From an uncultured Candidatus Saccharibacteria bacterium (GTDB taxonomy: Bacteria > Patescibacteriota > Saccharimonadia > Saccharimonadales > JACQNP01): DNA of 64,000 nt. Positions 19,659 through 28,834 of this stretch are shown here, piece after piece. The stretch's first letter is position 1. Each line of letters starts with the position of its first letter. Under the pieces are notes generated by a model that saw only the letters and a program-made list of their open reading frames with translations, made no database searches and was not told where the DNA came from. The position numbers were made by a program, and so were the translations under genes. Location: contig CAZPWF010000002.1 in assembly GCA_964590725.1 (NCBI GenBank), positions 38,846-102,845 on the forward strand, given 5' to 3'.

Positions 19659-19850
19659 CTATCTAATAGTCTTATTGTTTCGTTGAGCTATATTATCTTG
19701 CCGGGCTTTAGCAAGTGCTTCCGACCGTAAACCAGCTTCTCCAGCATTGATGTCAGCATGCTTGACTAGTTCTAAAGCCAATCTACCTATGTTTGATATT
19801 TTATCCCAAGTAGTTTTTTCAGGGTTTGGGCTTTGACCGATAGTATCCAT
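19659..19850 (-). CDS. Hypothetical 63-aa helical protein
   Basis: ORF with a minus-strand TGTAATAC box (plus-strand 19859-19866) 8 nt upstream of its ATG. Confidence 0.35.
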   Translation of the reverse strand: MDTIGQSPNPEKTTWDKISNIGRLALELVKHADINAGEAGLRSEALAKARQDNIAQRNNKTIR

Positions 19851-19880
19851 TATATATAGTATTACACAAAATAATCAAAT

Positions 19881-19894
19881 GTAGAGCGCTCTAC
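19881..19894. promoter_or_regulatory. Perfect 14-bp palindrome GTAGAGCGCTCTAC between divergent promoters (candidate operator)
   Basis: Read directly from the sequence. It occupies the -35 region of both the minus-strand promoter (-10 at 19859-19864) and the plus-strand promoter (TATAAT at 19919-19924). Confidence 0.3.
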
Positions 19895-19948
19895 TAAGCT
19901 TAAGTTGTGTACAAAGAGTATAATAGTAAATGTAAACAGGAGGGTAAT

Positions 19949-20146
19949 ATGGCTCACACAAAACGACATGCAACACACAGGCCCCATCCAATAGATCAAC
20001 GGCATAGTGTTATTGGAAAGAAAATATTTTCAATTTCTATTTTGCCTGAATCTGCCACTTATCATTCAGTTCATACGACCCATCATAATAATCCCCATGC
20101 AGCATTTAGTCCTCGAACCACACTGAGTAAGGGTAGGGGGAAGTAA
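19949..20146 (+). CDS. His-rich 65-aa ORF (possibly a leader/regulatory peptide; coding status uncertain)
   Basis: Strong SD CAGGAGGG lies 5 nt upstream of the ATG at 19949, and TATAAT lies at 19919-19924. The ORF has 12 His in 65 aa. G-first codon periodicity is weak (12 of 65), so coding is doubtful. Confidence 0.3.
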   Translation: MAHTKRHATHRPHPIDQRHSVIGKKIFSISILPESATYHSVHTTHHNNPHAAFSPRTTLSKGRGK

Positions 20147-20147
20147 T

Positions 20148-20318
20148 ATGGCAAAAAACGGATCATTAGGACATGGGCGGATCGGGAGAATTAAACATCG
20201 TTCCCAGACATTTAATCCCAAGACGAAACGTTATGTAGAGCGCGACACAACTACTGGGCGTTTTATTAATGTTAAGTCTGATAGAGCGCCCTTCAAGGAT
20301 GTGAGGGTTGAAAAATAG
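20148..20318 (+). CDS. Small basic protein, 56 aa (below the ORF-track cutoff)
   Basis: The ATG at 20148 follows the previous stop by 1 nt and has GGGGGAAG upstream. It translates to MAKNGSLGHGRIGRIKHRSQTFNPKTKRYVERDTTTGRFINVKSDRAPFKDVRVEK. Confidence 0.45.
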   Translation: MAKNGSLGHGRIGRIKHRSQTFNPKTKRYVERDTTTGRFINVKSDRAPFKDVRVEK

Positions 20319-20319
20319 T

Positions 20320-20568
20320 ATGACTAACAATCAGGAAGAATTTAGCGTAAATGGCGATGACCTATTAAAAAAGGTCAGAGCAATTATTGCCGAAGGTAAT
20401 GTTAGAAAGATTACTATTCGAAATAAAGATGGCAAGAATATAGTAGTACTGCCGCTGACGGTCGGGGTGGTCGGGGCTGTGCTTGCGCCACCACTAGCTG
20501 CTGTAGGCGCAATCGCCGCATTAGTAACGGAATGTACAATAGTAGTAGAAAGAGGGGACAAGAAGTAG
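20320..20568 (+). CDS. DUF4342-like protein
   Basis: LLKKVRAIIAEGNVRKITIRNKDGKNIVVLPLTVGVVGAVLAPPLAAVGAIAALV matches my memory of the DUF4342 architecture. ATG at 20320 with GAGGG upstream. Confidence 0.65.
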   Translation: MTNNQEEFSVNGDDLLKKVRAIIAEGNVRKITIRNKDGKNIVVLPLTVGVVGAVLAPPLAAVGAIAALVTECTIVVERGDKK

Positions 20569-20569
20569 T

Positions 20570-20791
20570 ATGGGCAAAGAAACTAAGAAAACCGATGCCA
20601 AAAATGTATCAATGCAGGCTGTTGATAAGAGTGGGCCAGCTGGCTTTGTATTATTTGTAGCTTGGTTTGGGGCATTGGCTTATTTTATAGGTCAGGTCGA
20701 TGGTTTTTGGAATATTATCTTGGCCTTCTTTAAGGCGTGCGTATGGCCGGCATACCTTATTTATTACCTGCTCCAATCTCTAAGTGTATAG
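20570..20791 (+). CDS. Small two-TM membrane protein
   Basis: 73 aa with two hydrophobic helices. Its start is 1 nt after the preceding stop. Confidence 0.5.
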   Translation: MGKETKKTDAKNVSMQAVDKSGPAGFVLFVAWFGALAYFIGQVDGFWNIILAFFKACVWPAYLIYYLLQSLSV

Positions 20792-20820
20792 GAGCACAGA
20801 CACAGTAAAATTGAAGTTTT

Positions 20821-21657
20821 TTAAGCAGCTTTATTATTAAAAGCCATGACGGACACATCAACACAGTCCTGAATTGCGGTATACATAAGCTCTGTTAGCT
20901 CGTCTGCAGAGGTTGTTTCGACACTAATCGGCATCCCTATATGAACGTGTGGAGTGTGTTTTGCTGGTACATCAAGCTTTTTATAATCAGTCGGCTCGCC
21001 GCCGTAATACATACCCCAAGGTACTATGACTACAGGAACTGAGGCAGCGGCGTTAATGGCTGTGATTGCGATACCTTTTTTCAGTTTTTGTACTCTTGTA
21101 TGGTCAACGCGGTTTCTCTCTCCTTCTGGAAAACCGAACATATGGTTTGCTTGTCGTATCATTTTTGCGACGTACGTTTCATTAGCTCGTTTTACTCCGT
21201 ACTTTTGAAGTTCTTGAATTTCTGGTGTAATTTCTACACCCCATCGTTCGAGGTCTTTTTTTCTGACTGTAGGTATTGACCCCAGACCATCTACAGACAT
21301 CCGAAGCAATTGTCCGCCTCTTTTCCAGTTTGCTGTAGATAAGGATGGCTCGGTTGGAATGAAAGTACTCCCCATAAGTGAATGAAGAACTTTTTCTTTT
21401 TGGGCAACGGCAACAGCAACATACTGATCGTCACCAGTTAGGTGATTGGAAACGCTTGAAAGGCGGGTCTTATAATGAATGTTGTCAGCAATTGAGTCTT
21501 TTGCGCCGTCAGTAAATGTTACCGTCGGACGGTATATTTTGCTGAGTACATAGTGTGCGGCTCGTGCAAAGGTTTGACTCTGAATGTGTTGTTCATAAAA
21601 GTCATACATAGAGTCTATTTGTTCGTAGCTTTCGATTGCAACTTTTGGTCTACTCAT
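20821..21657 (-). CDS. Lysophospholipid acyltransferase (PlsC/LPLAT) family protein
   Basis: LPLAT motifs occur in order: NHLTGDD (HX4D), FPEGERN and VPVVIVPWG. A minus-strand TGATATAGT box (plus-strand 21666-21674) lies 8 nt upstream of the ATG. Confidence 0.7.
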   Translation of the reverse strand: MSRPKVAIESYEQIDSMYDFYEQHIQSQTFARAAHYVLSKIYRPTVTFTDGAKDSIADNIHYKTRLSSVSNHLTGDDQYVAVAVAQKEKVLHSLMGSTFIPTEPSLSTANWKRGGQLLRMSVDGLGSIPTVRKKDLERWGVEITPEIQELQKYGVKRANETYVAKMIRQANHMFGFPEGERNRVDHTRVQKLKKGIAITAINAAASVPVVIVPWGMYYGGEPTDYKKLDVPAKHTPHVHIGMPISVETTSADELTELMYTAIQDCVDVSVMAFNNKAA

Positions 21658-21704
21658 TTCGAACGACTATATCACGCTCAATCCGATTTTAAAAAAGCTC
21701 AAGC

Positions 21705-24263
21705 TTACTTTATGTCAAAGAATTCTTTTATTGCCTTTAGGTCACGGTCTTTCCATGCGGACTGCCACTCAAGTGTTTCAATACCCTGGTTAATAGAACG
21801 CTCTAGTGCACTGCTAGTATGCTTGTCAAAAAACTTTTTAAACTCTGGAATAAACGACACATCACTAAATGCGTTTGCGACATATAGAGGGAATCGGTGA
21901 AAACTAAGGTCATTTCCGATAGTTTTATCAAGCCAGCTCCAGTTTGTTTGCATCCACTCCCAAGTAGCTCGTCTGGCGAATCGATTAGATAAGCTATATA
22001 CAATCCAATATGCAATATCTTGTGATCGTATAGCTGGTGTCTTAATAAGATCTAGGGCTTGTTCAAATAACTCTGGTGACTTAAATCCGGTCAGCGCTGC
22101 TGCTAATGTAGTTTTTTCTTCGCTAAGAATGCTGGATTCGTGCATCTTGAATAGCTTATCAAAGGTTTTTTGGTCGTTTCGTTGACGTACTGTGGTACCG
22201 AATACAATTGAACGAAAGTCAGGCAGGATGTTTTCTATGCTGCTTGCACTGTCGAATTGCTTGAGTGCTTCAGTCAAGGCCTTCGGATCGTCTGCACTGC
22301 TAGTCATTCCTATTACTGTTGGACGTAGCAATTGATCAAAATAACTATCTGTTTTCTTTGGTGTCCAACCAAGTCGCTTGTACTGCTTTGCTGATAGTTT
22401 TATGATGTAAGGCTTCATTGCTTCGCGTAGCTCTTCGTCGTCCATAGTGCTTCTGATGGTTCCGAGAGCTCCCGCCATAACATCCCAAACAGCGCTGTTG
22501 TCTTCGTCTATGAAATTATCCAAAAACGCAAGCGCTTCTTTAGTTGGAGTGAAGCCGGCTTTCGCACTTTCGAAGACATCGCCAAGTATCCCAAGTCTGT
22601 CAAGCGGCATGAGGCTACCGTTCTTTACATTTTTACCAAGATAAATAAGTTGTTCTTGGTCGTAATCTACTCGGTAAAACCCTGTCTGATTTTGGTTAAG
22701 TTTGATGGTTTCTGGCTTTGCAGTTTTAATTGTCAGCGACTCTGTATTTAATAGTTCTGGTATGTCTAAGTTGTTGGCTTGTAATGAAATTGGCCATGTA
22801 ACATGAGAGCTTTTTGGGTGTTTTGGATTGATGTAGAATCTTGCTTGGCTAATAGTAGTTGAAGATTTAATTGTATTGATGCTGACAACCGGGAACCCAC
22901 TCTGTGTTGTCCAAGCATGCATGAATTCACTTACTGGTTTATTGGATGTATCTTCGAGTGCTTTCCATAGGTCGACAGTATCAGTGTTTTTAAAGGAATG
23001 AGCTGTTAGATAGTGCTGTAGCCCTTTGCGAAAATCCTCTGGGCCCAAATATGCATTCAGCATATGAATAACGCTCGCGCCTTTACTGTAGCTAATCGTA
23101 TCAAAGATGCTACGTATTTCATCAGGGTGTTTTATAGGAACCTCTATTGGGTGAGTGTGCTCTAGGGCATCAAGCTTGAATGCACGATGTTGTTCGTCTA
23201 CTGCAAACTGAGTCCACATTTGCCACTCAGGAAATATGTAGTCAACCGCCATGTATTCGATCCAACTAGCAAAGCCCTCGTTGAGCCATAAGTCTGTCCA
23301 CCAGCGCATAGTTACTAAATTACCAAACCATTGGTGAGCTAATTCGTGTGCGACCACCATAGCTACATATTGTTTTGTTGGGATGCTAGTGTTCTTCGGA
23401 TCGACCAGCATACACTGCTCGCGGTAGGTGACACAACCCCAGTTTTCCATGGCGCCACTTGCGAAGTCTGGAAGTGCAATCATGTCGCATTTTTCGAGAG
23501 GATATGGAATTCCGAAGTAATCGTTATAAAAATCGAGACACTTGACTGCGACCATTAGAGCAAATTCGGTGAACTTTACATTATCAGGCGTAGCATAGGC
23601 TCGTACAGTAACACCATCTTTTGTTTTTGCTTCTTTATAGCCCATTTCTCCATAAACAAATGCCAAAAGATAAGTAGACATTATCGGGGTTGTCTCAAAA
23701 GCGGTAATTGTCTCCTTCGCTGTGGTCGATTGTTGTTTTGGCGGGGTATTCGAGATAACTTCCTCGCCCTTTGGTGTAGTTAGCATCAAGTCAAAAGTGG
23801 CTTTTGCTTCGGGCTCGTCTATGCAGGGGAATACTTCACGGGCATGATGACTCTCAAATTGTGTCGCGATTAATTGCTTCTTTTGTGACTGTAGTTCAAA
23901 GTTACAGGGATAAATACCATTCATTTGAGGTGTTATTTTTCCTTCAAATTCTAAAGCAATTGTATAATTTCCTGGATAAAGTATTTCTTTGGTGTGTATT
24001 CTAACTTCATCGTATCTGTCGTGATGATTGATGCGATCAACCTTACAAGTAATGTCCTCTTTCTTGTCATGTTTAATTATCGTTGCTGATTTAATTTTGA
24101 GGCCAACTTGGTGTAATGTTATGCGTTTGTTTGGTCGATAGACTTTTTTGCCGGTTATGATAACCGAACCAGAGAAAACAGCTTTTTCTCGGTCGGGGCG
24201 CAAGGAAAGTTTATAATTAGTTGGGCAAAATTCACGAAACAGTCTCTTAACATTTTTACTCAT
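21705..24263 (-). CDS. pepN: M1-family aminopeptidase N (with ERAP1-like C-terminal domain)
   Basis: GAMENWG exopeptidase motif and HELAHQWFGNLVTMRWWTDLWLNEGFA zinc site. I chose the start at MSKNVKR (24263), which has a minus-strand TGTTAAACT box 7 nt upstream. Confidence 0.9.
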   Translation of the reverse strand: MSKNVKRLFREFCPTNYKLSLRPDREKAVFSGSVIITGKKVYRPNKRITLHQVGLKIKSATIIKHDKKEDITCKVDRINHHDRYDEVRIHTKEILYPGNYTIALEFEGKITPQMNGIYPCNFELQSQKKQLIATQFESHHAREVFPCIDEPEAKATFDLMLTTPKGEEVISNTPPKQQSTTAKETITAFETTPIMSTYLLAFVYGEMGYKEAKTKDGVTVRAYATPDNVKFTEFALMVAVKCLDFYNDYFGIPYPLEKCDMIALPDFASGAMENWGCVTYREQCMLVDPKNTSIPTKQYVAMVVAHELAHQWFGNLVTMRWWTDLWLNEGFASWIEYMAVDYIFPEWQMWTQFAVDEQHRAFKLDALEHTHPIEVPIKHPDEIRSIFDTISYSKGASVIHMLNAYLGPEDFRKGLQHYLTAHSFKNTDTVDLWKALEDTSNKPVSEFMHAWTTQSGFPVVSINTIKSSTTISQARFYINPKHPKSSHVTWPISLQANNLDIPELLNTESLTIKTAKPETIKLNQNQTGFYRVDYDQEQLIYLGKNVKNGSLMPLDRLGILGDVFESAKAGFTPTKEALAFLDNFIDEDNSAVWDVMAGALGTIRSTMDDEELREAMKPYIIKLSAKQYKRLGWTPKKTDSYFDQLLRPTVIGMTSSADDPKALTEALKQFDSASSIENILPDFRSIVFGTTVRQRNDQKTFDKLFKMHESSILSEEKTTLAAALTGFKSPELFEQALDLIKTPAIRSQDIAYWIVYSLSNRFARRATWEWMQTNWSWLDKTIGNDLSFHRFPLYVANAFSDVSFIPEFKKFFDKHTSSALERSINQGIETLEWQSAWKDRDLKAIKEFFDIK

Positions 24264-24332
24264 ACTAGACAGTTTAACACAGTACATAGTTGACTAAACA
24301 CAGACATAGTTGTAAAATATATATACATAATT

Positions 24333-24932
24333 ATGTTGAATTACGAACATCAACCCACTATTCTTGACCAAGAAGGTTTATCTGAAATTTCAGTGACCAC
24401 AAAAAACAAACTTAGGGGTATAGCATTAGCAACCGAGTTGGCCCTAAGTGACCAGTTACACATACAAAGAGAGAGCATCAATTTTCATTCTAAAATGTTC
24501 TCAGGCTGGGAGATTAACAGCTGTTTTATGAGTGATATTTATTCTGAAGTATTAATAAGTACAAAAAAGCAATTTCTGACACGTCATAAAGCCGACCGTA
24601 AGCAATACATGTACAGAGAAGTAAATACTTATAATAATAAAGCTGGCAGGGTGTTCGGCATTGCCGGACATGCGATAGGGTTGGCGCAAGATGTTAATCA
24701 GTCGGAGAATCTAATTATTAATTATGAGAGAGCTGGTTATATGAGTGAAATTCTGACTGTCAAGGATGTCGCAACTCTGAGACCTGAGCAAAAGAAACTC
24801 TTTTTAGCATCAGAGGAAGACTATAGCCTAGAATCGAATACTGATTATGTTGCTAGTTCGTTTGCAAGCAAAGTAAGTTGTTTTGTTAGGGAGGTTAACG
24901 ATATAAACCTCGAGTTTGACGTACTACTCTGA
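24333..24932 (+). CDS. Hypothetical protein (199 aa)
   Basis: Long ORF in a coding-dense region, divergent from pepN. No motif recognised. Confidence 0.4.
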   Translation: MLNYEHQPTILDQEGLSEISVTTKNKLRGIALATELALSDQLHIQRESINFHSKMFSGWEINSCFMSDIYSEVLISTKKQFLTRHKADRKQYMYREVNTYNNKAGRVFGIAGHAIGLAQDVNQSENLIINYERAGYMSEILTVKDVATLRPEQKKLFLASEEDYSLESNTDYVASSFASKVSCFVREVNDINLEFDVLL

Positions 24933-24954
24933 AATAAGCTATACTAGGTTTGTA

Positions 24955-24978
24955 GTCGGCCAGCAGGTCGGCTTTTTT
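24955..24978 (+). terminator. Possible rho-independent terminator upstream of nusA
   Basis: TCGGCC-AGCA-GGTCGG stem containing G-U pairs, followed by CTTTTTT. Confidence 0.35.
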
Positions 24979-25033
24979 CATATATAGATACAGACAGATG
25001 TTAATAATCAAATGACAAGAGAAAGGTAATAAT

Positions 25034-26233
25034 ATGGAACTAGATATCAAGCAACTCGCAATGGCGGTAAAAACGATTGCCGAAGAAAAGAATTTGCCAG
25101 AAGATGTTGTTCAGGAAGTGGTTGAACAGGCACTTGCGGCTGCGTATCGTAGAGATTTCGGTGATCGTGAACAAGAGGTTCGTGTGTCGATTGACCTTAA
25201 TGCTGGTGACGTCGATGCTTATATTTCTAAAGAAGTTGTTGCAAAAGTTGGCGACGAACGATTCGAAATCAGTTTAAGTGACGCTCAGGTTATGAAAAAG
25301 AACGCTAAAATTGGCGACATGATCGAACTTCATGAAAAGGTTGAGAATTTTGGTCGTGTAGCCGCCCAAACTGCTAAACAGGTTGTATTACAACGCCTTC
25401 GTGAAGCAGAACGCGAAATTATTATGAATGAATATGAAGATAAGATAGGTACTGTCATTAACGGTATCGTGGCACGCGTTGAAGGACGAGTTGTACGTGT
25501 CGACCTAGGCAAAGCTCAAGGCATTATGCCTATGTCAGAGCAGATTCAAGGCGAACGATATTATCCTGGTCAGCGCATCAAGGTTTTTCTTAAGGACGTT
25601 GAGCGCGGTTTCCGTGGGCCACAATTAGTAGTTTCACGCGGTAATACACAATTCGTCGAGTGGCTATTTCGTGCTGAAGTACCAGAAATGGAAAACGGAG
25701 CCGTCGAGATCAAAGGCATTGCCAGAGAAGCTGGTGTGCGCACAAAGATCGCTGTTGCGAGTAGTGTGCCTGGAGTTGATCCGGTTGGAACGTTTGTGGG
25801 CGGCCATGGCACCCGTGTTAACGCTGTCATGAGTGAAATTGGCGAACAAGAAAAGATTGACATTGTTGTTTGGAGCGATGAAATCAAGTCTTACATAACT
25901 AACGCATTGAGTCCGACTAAGGTGTCTAGCGTGTTAATCGACGAGAAAAATAATAAAGCTCGAGTTATGGTACCGGAAGACCAGCAAAGTATTGCGATTG
26001 GTAAAAGCGGTCAAAACGTTCGTTTGGCTAGCAAACTAACAGGGCTTGATATAGATATAGTGGCCGATGAAGCCTCAAAGCCGGTGGTCGATGTTTCGCC
26101 AGCAGTCGTAGAAGTACCTGAGCCTAAAGTGAAAGAAGAGCTCAAGCCAGTTGCGCCACATAAACTCAAGAAAAAAGAGCAGCTCGAAAGTAGTCTGCTT
26201 GAAGCAATCGAAGAACACGGCGTAGAAGAATAA
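25034..26233 (+). CDS. nusA: Transcription termination/antitermination factor NusA
   Basis: Shows the NusA N-terminal domain, an S1 domain (GTVINGIVARVEGRVVRVDLG) and KH domains (GVDPVGTFVGGHGTRV, AIGKSGQNVRLASKLTG). SD GAAAGG lies upstream. Confidence 0.93.
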   Translation: MELDIKQLAMAVKTIAEEKNLPEDVVQEVVEQALAAAYRRDFGDREQEVRVSIDLNAGDVDAYISKEVVAKVGDERFEISLSDAQVMKKNAKIGDMIELHEKVENFGRVAAQTAKQVVLQRLREAEREIIMNEYEDKIGTVINGIVARVEGRVVRVDLGKAQGIMPMSEQIQGERYYPGQRIKVFLKDVERGFRGPQLVVSRGNTQFVEWLFRAEVPEMENGAVEIKGIAREAGVRTKIAVASSVPGVDPVGTFVGGHGTRVNAVMSEIGEQEKIDIVVWSDEIKSYITNALSPTKVSSVLIDEKNNKARVMVPEDQQSIAIGKSGQNVRLASKLTGLDIDIVADEASKPVVDVSPAVVEVPEPKVKEELKPVAPHKLKKKEQLESSLLEAIEEHGVEE

Positions 26234-26251
26234 TACAAAAAGATTCCTAAA

Positions 26252-26278
26252 TTAGCACTCTTGACTCACGAGTGCTAA
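26252..26278 (+). promoter_or_regulatory. Perfect CIRCE operator (TTAGCACTC-N9-GAGTGCTAA) embedded in the clpC promoter
   Basis: TTAGCACTC at 26252-26260, spacer TTGACTCAC, GAGTGCTAA at 26270-26278. The spacer contains the -35 TTGACT (26261-26266). A -10 TATTAT at 26284-26289 follows after 17 nt. Confidence 0.85.
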
Positions 26279-26333
26279 TTTCATATTATAGTAGAAGCGA
26301 TGTATAAAATTCGCGACAGGGGGTAAACTATAT

Positions 26334-28811
26334 ATGATGCCAAATTCACCAGATTTTAACGATTTTATAAGTAACTTGACCGACAATGCGCAAGCCAGCA
26401 TTAAGCACGCCGATGCGATTGCTAGAAGCTTTGGGAGCGCTTATATAGGTACTGAGCATTTGCTACTTGGTGTCCTAGCTCAAGATTCTAGTATCGGGTC
26501 CAAGGTACTTGAAGGTGCCGGTGTGACACTTGATAGAGCGCGTCTGGCTTTAAATTTGACACCCAAAACGCTTGTTATAAATTTTGGTGGGAAAGGTCTG
26601 AGCGAAACTGCAAAATTGACCCTTAAAATGGCATACGAGGTTGCTCAAGATTTTAATCACGAGTTTTGCGGCACGGAACACATTTTATACAGTATATTAA
26701 GTCAAAAAAACGCTCGCGCTACTGTCTTATTGAGGGATATGAATGTAAATGTTGACAGTATAGTTTCAGAACTTGAGCAGTTCCTTAATCGTCAACAGTA
26801 TGATAGTGATAACGACAATACTGGAACAAAGCGACGAGGTAAGAAACAACGCAAGACAGCACTCGATTTTTTTGGTACAGATCTAACTGAGCTGGCCAGG
26901 ACTAATAAACTCGATCCTGTTGTTGGTCGTGAACCGCAAATTCGCAGAGTAGTAACAATTCTAAACAGACGTAATAAAAACAACCCAGTTCTTATTGGCG
27001 AACCTGGAGTAGGAAAGACTGCAATAGTTGAGGGGTTGGCACAGAGAATAGTTTCCGAAGATGTCCCAGATAGTTTACTTGATAAGCGCATAGTAATGCT
27101 TGATCTTGCCGGTATGATTGCAGGTACCAAATACCGTGGAGAGTTCGAGGAGCGACTTAAGAAAGTTATGGGTGAGCTGGAAAACGATAAAAAAACAATT
27201 GTATTTATTGACGAGCTCCATCTTATCGTTGGTGCGGGAGCTGCCGAGGGCGCCATGGATGCCGGCAATATTCTTAAACCTGCCTTAGCTCGTGGTAAAA
27301 TCCAGCTGATTGGTGCAACTACTACTCAAGAATATACTAAATATATTGAGAAGGATGCCGCTCTCGAGCGACGCTTTCAGCCCATTCAAGTGCCAGAAGC
27401 AACACCAAGTGAAACTGTAGCTATACTTAAAGGACTTAGGAAGCATTATGAAGATTTCCATGGTGTAAGTGTTAGTGATGAAGTGCTTGAAGATACTGTA
27501 ACGCTCGCTAAGCGATACATTAACGATCGGTTTATGCCCGATAAGGCAATTGATCTAATGGATGAAACAGCTGCGCATTTGCGCATAGACAAGGGTAAAA
27601 CACCTCCAGAAGTTCGAAAGCTACAAAAAGAACTCAAGCTAGTTAACACGAGAATTGAAGATGCCGTTGATAATGAAGATTATGAGCGTGCGGCCGAGTA
27701 TAAACAACGTGCCAGTCAAATCAATAAAGAGCTAAAAGAGCTTGAATCAAAGGGCAAAACTAACAATGCTATTGTTATGACCAGCGAAGATGTCTCTGAA
27801 GTGGTGGCACGCATGACAGGTGTGCCCGTAAAAAAGGTTATACGCTCGGAGGCTAAGTATCTAATAAATCTAGAAAAAACGCTGGGTAAACATGTTATTG
27901 GTCAGAGTGAAGCGGTGGATGCCGTGTCGCGCGCAGTACGACGCAATCGTGTTGGTATTGGTAGCGGAAAACGACCAATCGGATCATTTATTTTTCTTGG
28001 ACCAACTGGAGTCGGTAAGACAGAATTAGCCAGAGTTTTAGCCAGAGAATTTTTTGGAAGCGAAGAGGCGCTCATCAAGATTGACATGAGCGAATTTGGT
28101 GAGCGGCATACTTCGGCAAGACTTGTCGGTGCGCCGGCGGGATATGTTGGTTACGATGAAGGTGGGCAGTTGACAGATAAAATTCGGCGACAACCGTACA
28201 GCTTAGTGCTTTTTGATGAAATTGAAAAAGCTCACCCTGATGTATTTAATATGTTGCTGCAGATACTAGAGGACGGCGTGCTAACTGATGCAAAAGGACG
28301 AAAGATTGATTTTACTAACACCATTGTCATTATGACCAGTAATATTGGCGCTCAAAAGCTACAAAAAGAAGCGCAACTAGGCTTTAGAGCAACAACAAAA
28401 CGTGATGTAAATGATTTGGACGCACTCCATGCTGCAAACAAGGATAAAGTTCTAGAAGAATTGAAGAAACTTATGCGGCCTGAATTATTGAATCGTATTG
28501 ATAAAACAATTGTTTTCAGAGCGCTTACCAAAAAAGACGTCGTAAAGATTATGGATCTGCAGATAGATGAACTGCGCCAACGCCTTGTGAAGCACGGTCT
28601 GGGGTTGCAGGTTACTACAAGCGCAAAGCAATATTTGCTAGATAAGGGCTACGATGCTTTGAACGGCGTTAGACCGATGAGAAGATTGTTGCAAGATACA
28701 GTCGAAGATCATATTGCGCTTGAACTGCTTGAGGAAAAGTATCGTACTGGTGATGTTGTTAAGGTTGGAGCCAAGCAAAAGGACCTACAATATCAAGTAG
28801 TTACAGAGTAA
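26334..28811 (+). CDS. clpC: ATP-dependent Clp protease ATP-binding subunit ClpC
   Basis: Double Clp_N repeat, two AAA modules (GEPGVGKTA and GPTGVGKTE) and a UVR-like linker ([13 protein letters not shown]). GGGGGT SD upstream. Confidence 0.92.
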   Translation: MMPNSPDFNDFISNLTDNAQASIKHADAIARSFGSAYIGTEHLLLGVLAQDSSIGSKVLEGAGVTLDRARLALNLTPKTLVINFGGKGLSETAKLTLKMAYEVAQDFNHEFCGTEHILYSILSQKNARATVLLRDMNVNVDSIVSELEQFLNRQQYDSDNDNTGTKRRGKKQRKTALDFFGTDLTELARTNKLDPVVGREPQIRRVVTILNRRNKNNPVLIGEPGVGKTAIVEGLAQRIVSEDVPDSLLDKRIVMLDLAGMIAGTKYRGEFEERLKKVMGELENDKKTIVFIDELHLIVGAGAAEGAMDAGNILKPALARGKIQLIGATTTQEYTKYIEKDAALERRFQPIQVPEATPSETVAILKGLRKHYEDFHGVSVSDEVLEDTVTLAKRYINDRFMPDKAIDLMDETAAHLRIDKGKTPPEVRKLQKELKLVNTRIEDAVDNEDYERAAEYKQRASQINKELKELESKGKTNNAIVMTSEDVSEVVARMTGVPVKKVIRSEAKYLINLEKTLGKHVIGQSEAVDAVSRAVRRNRVGIGSGKRPIGSFIFLGPTGVGKTELARVLAREFFGSEEALIKIDMSEFGERHTSARLVGAPAGYVGYDEGGQLTDKIRRQPYSLVLFDEIEKAHPDVFNMLLQILEDGVLTDAKGRKIDFTNTIVIMTSNIGAQKLQKEAQLGFRATTKRDVNDLDALHAANKDKVLEELKKLMRPELLNRIDKTIVFRALTKKDVVKIMDLQIDELRQRLVKHGLGLQVTTSAKQYLLDKGYDALNGVRPMRRLLQDTVEDHIALELLEEKYRTGDVVKVGAKQKDLQYQVVTE

Positions 28812-28819
28812 TTTGTGAA

Positions 28820-28828
28820 TGATACACT
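28820..28828 (+). promoter_or_regulatory. -10 box TGATACACT, 6 nt upstream of the ATG at 28835
   Basis: TGATACACT at 28820-28828 and ATG at 28835, immediately after the clpC stop. Confidence 0.4.
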
Positions 28829-28834
28829 GGCATA

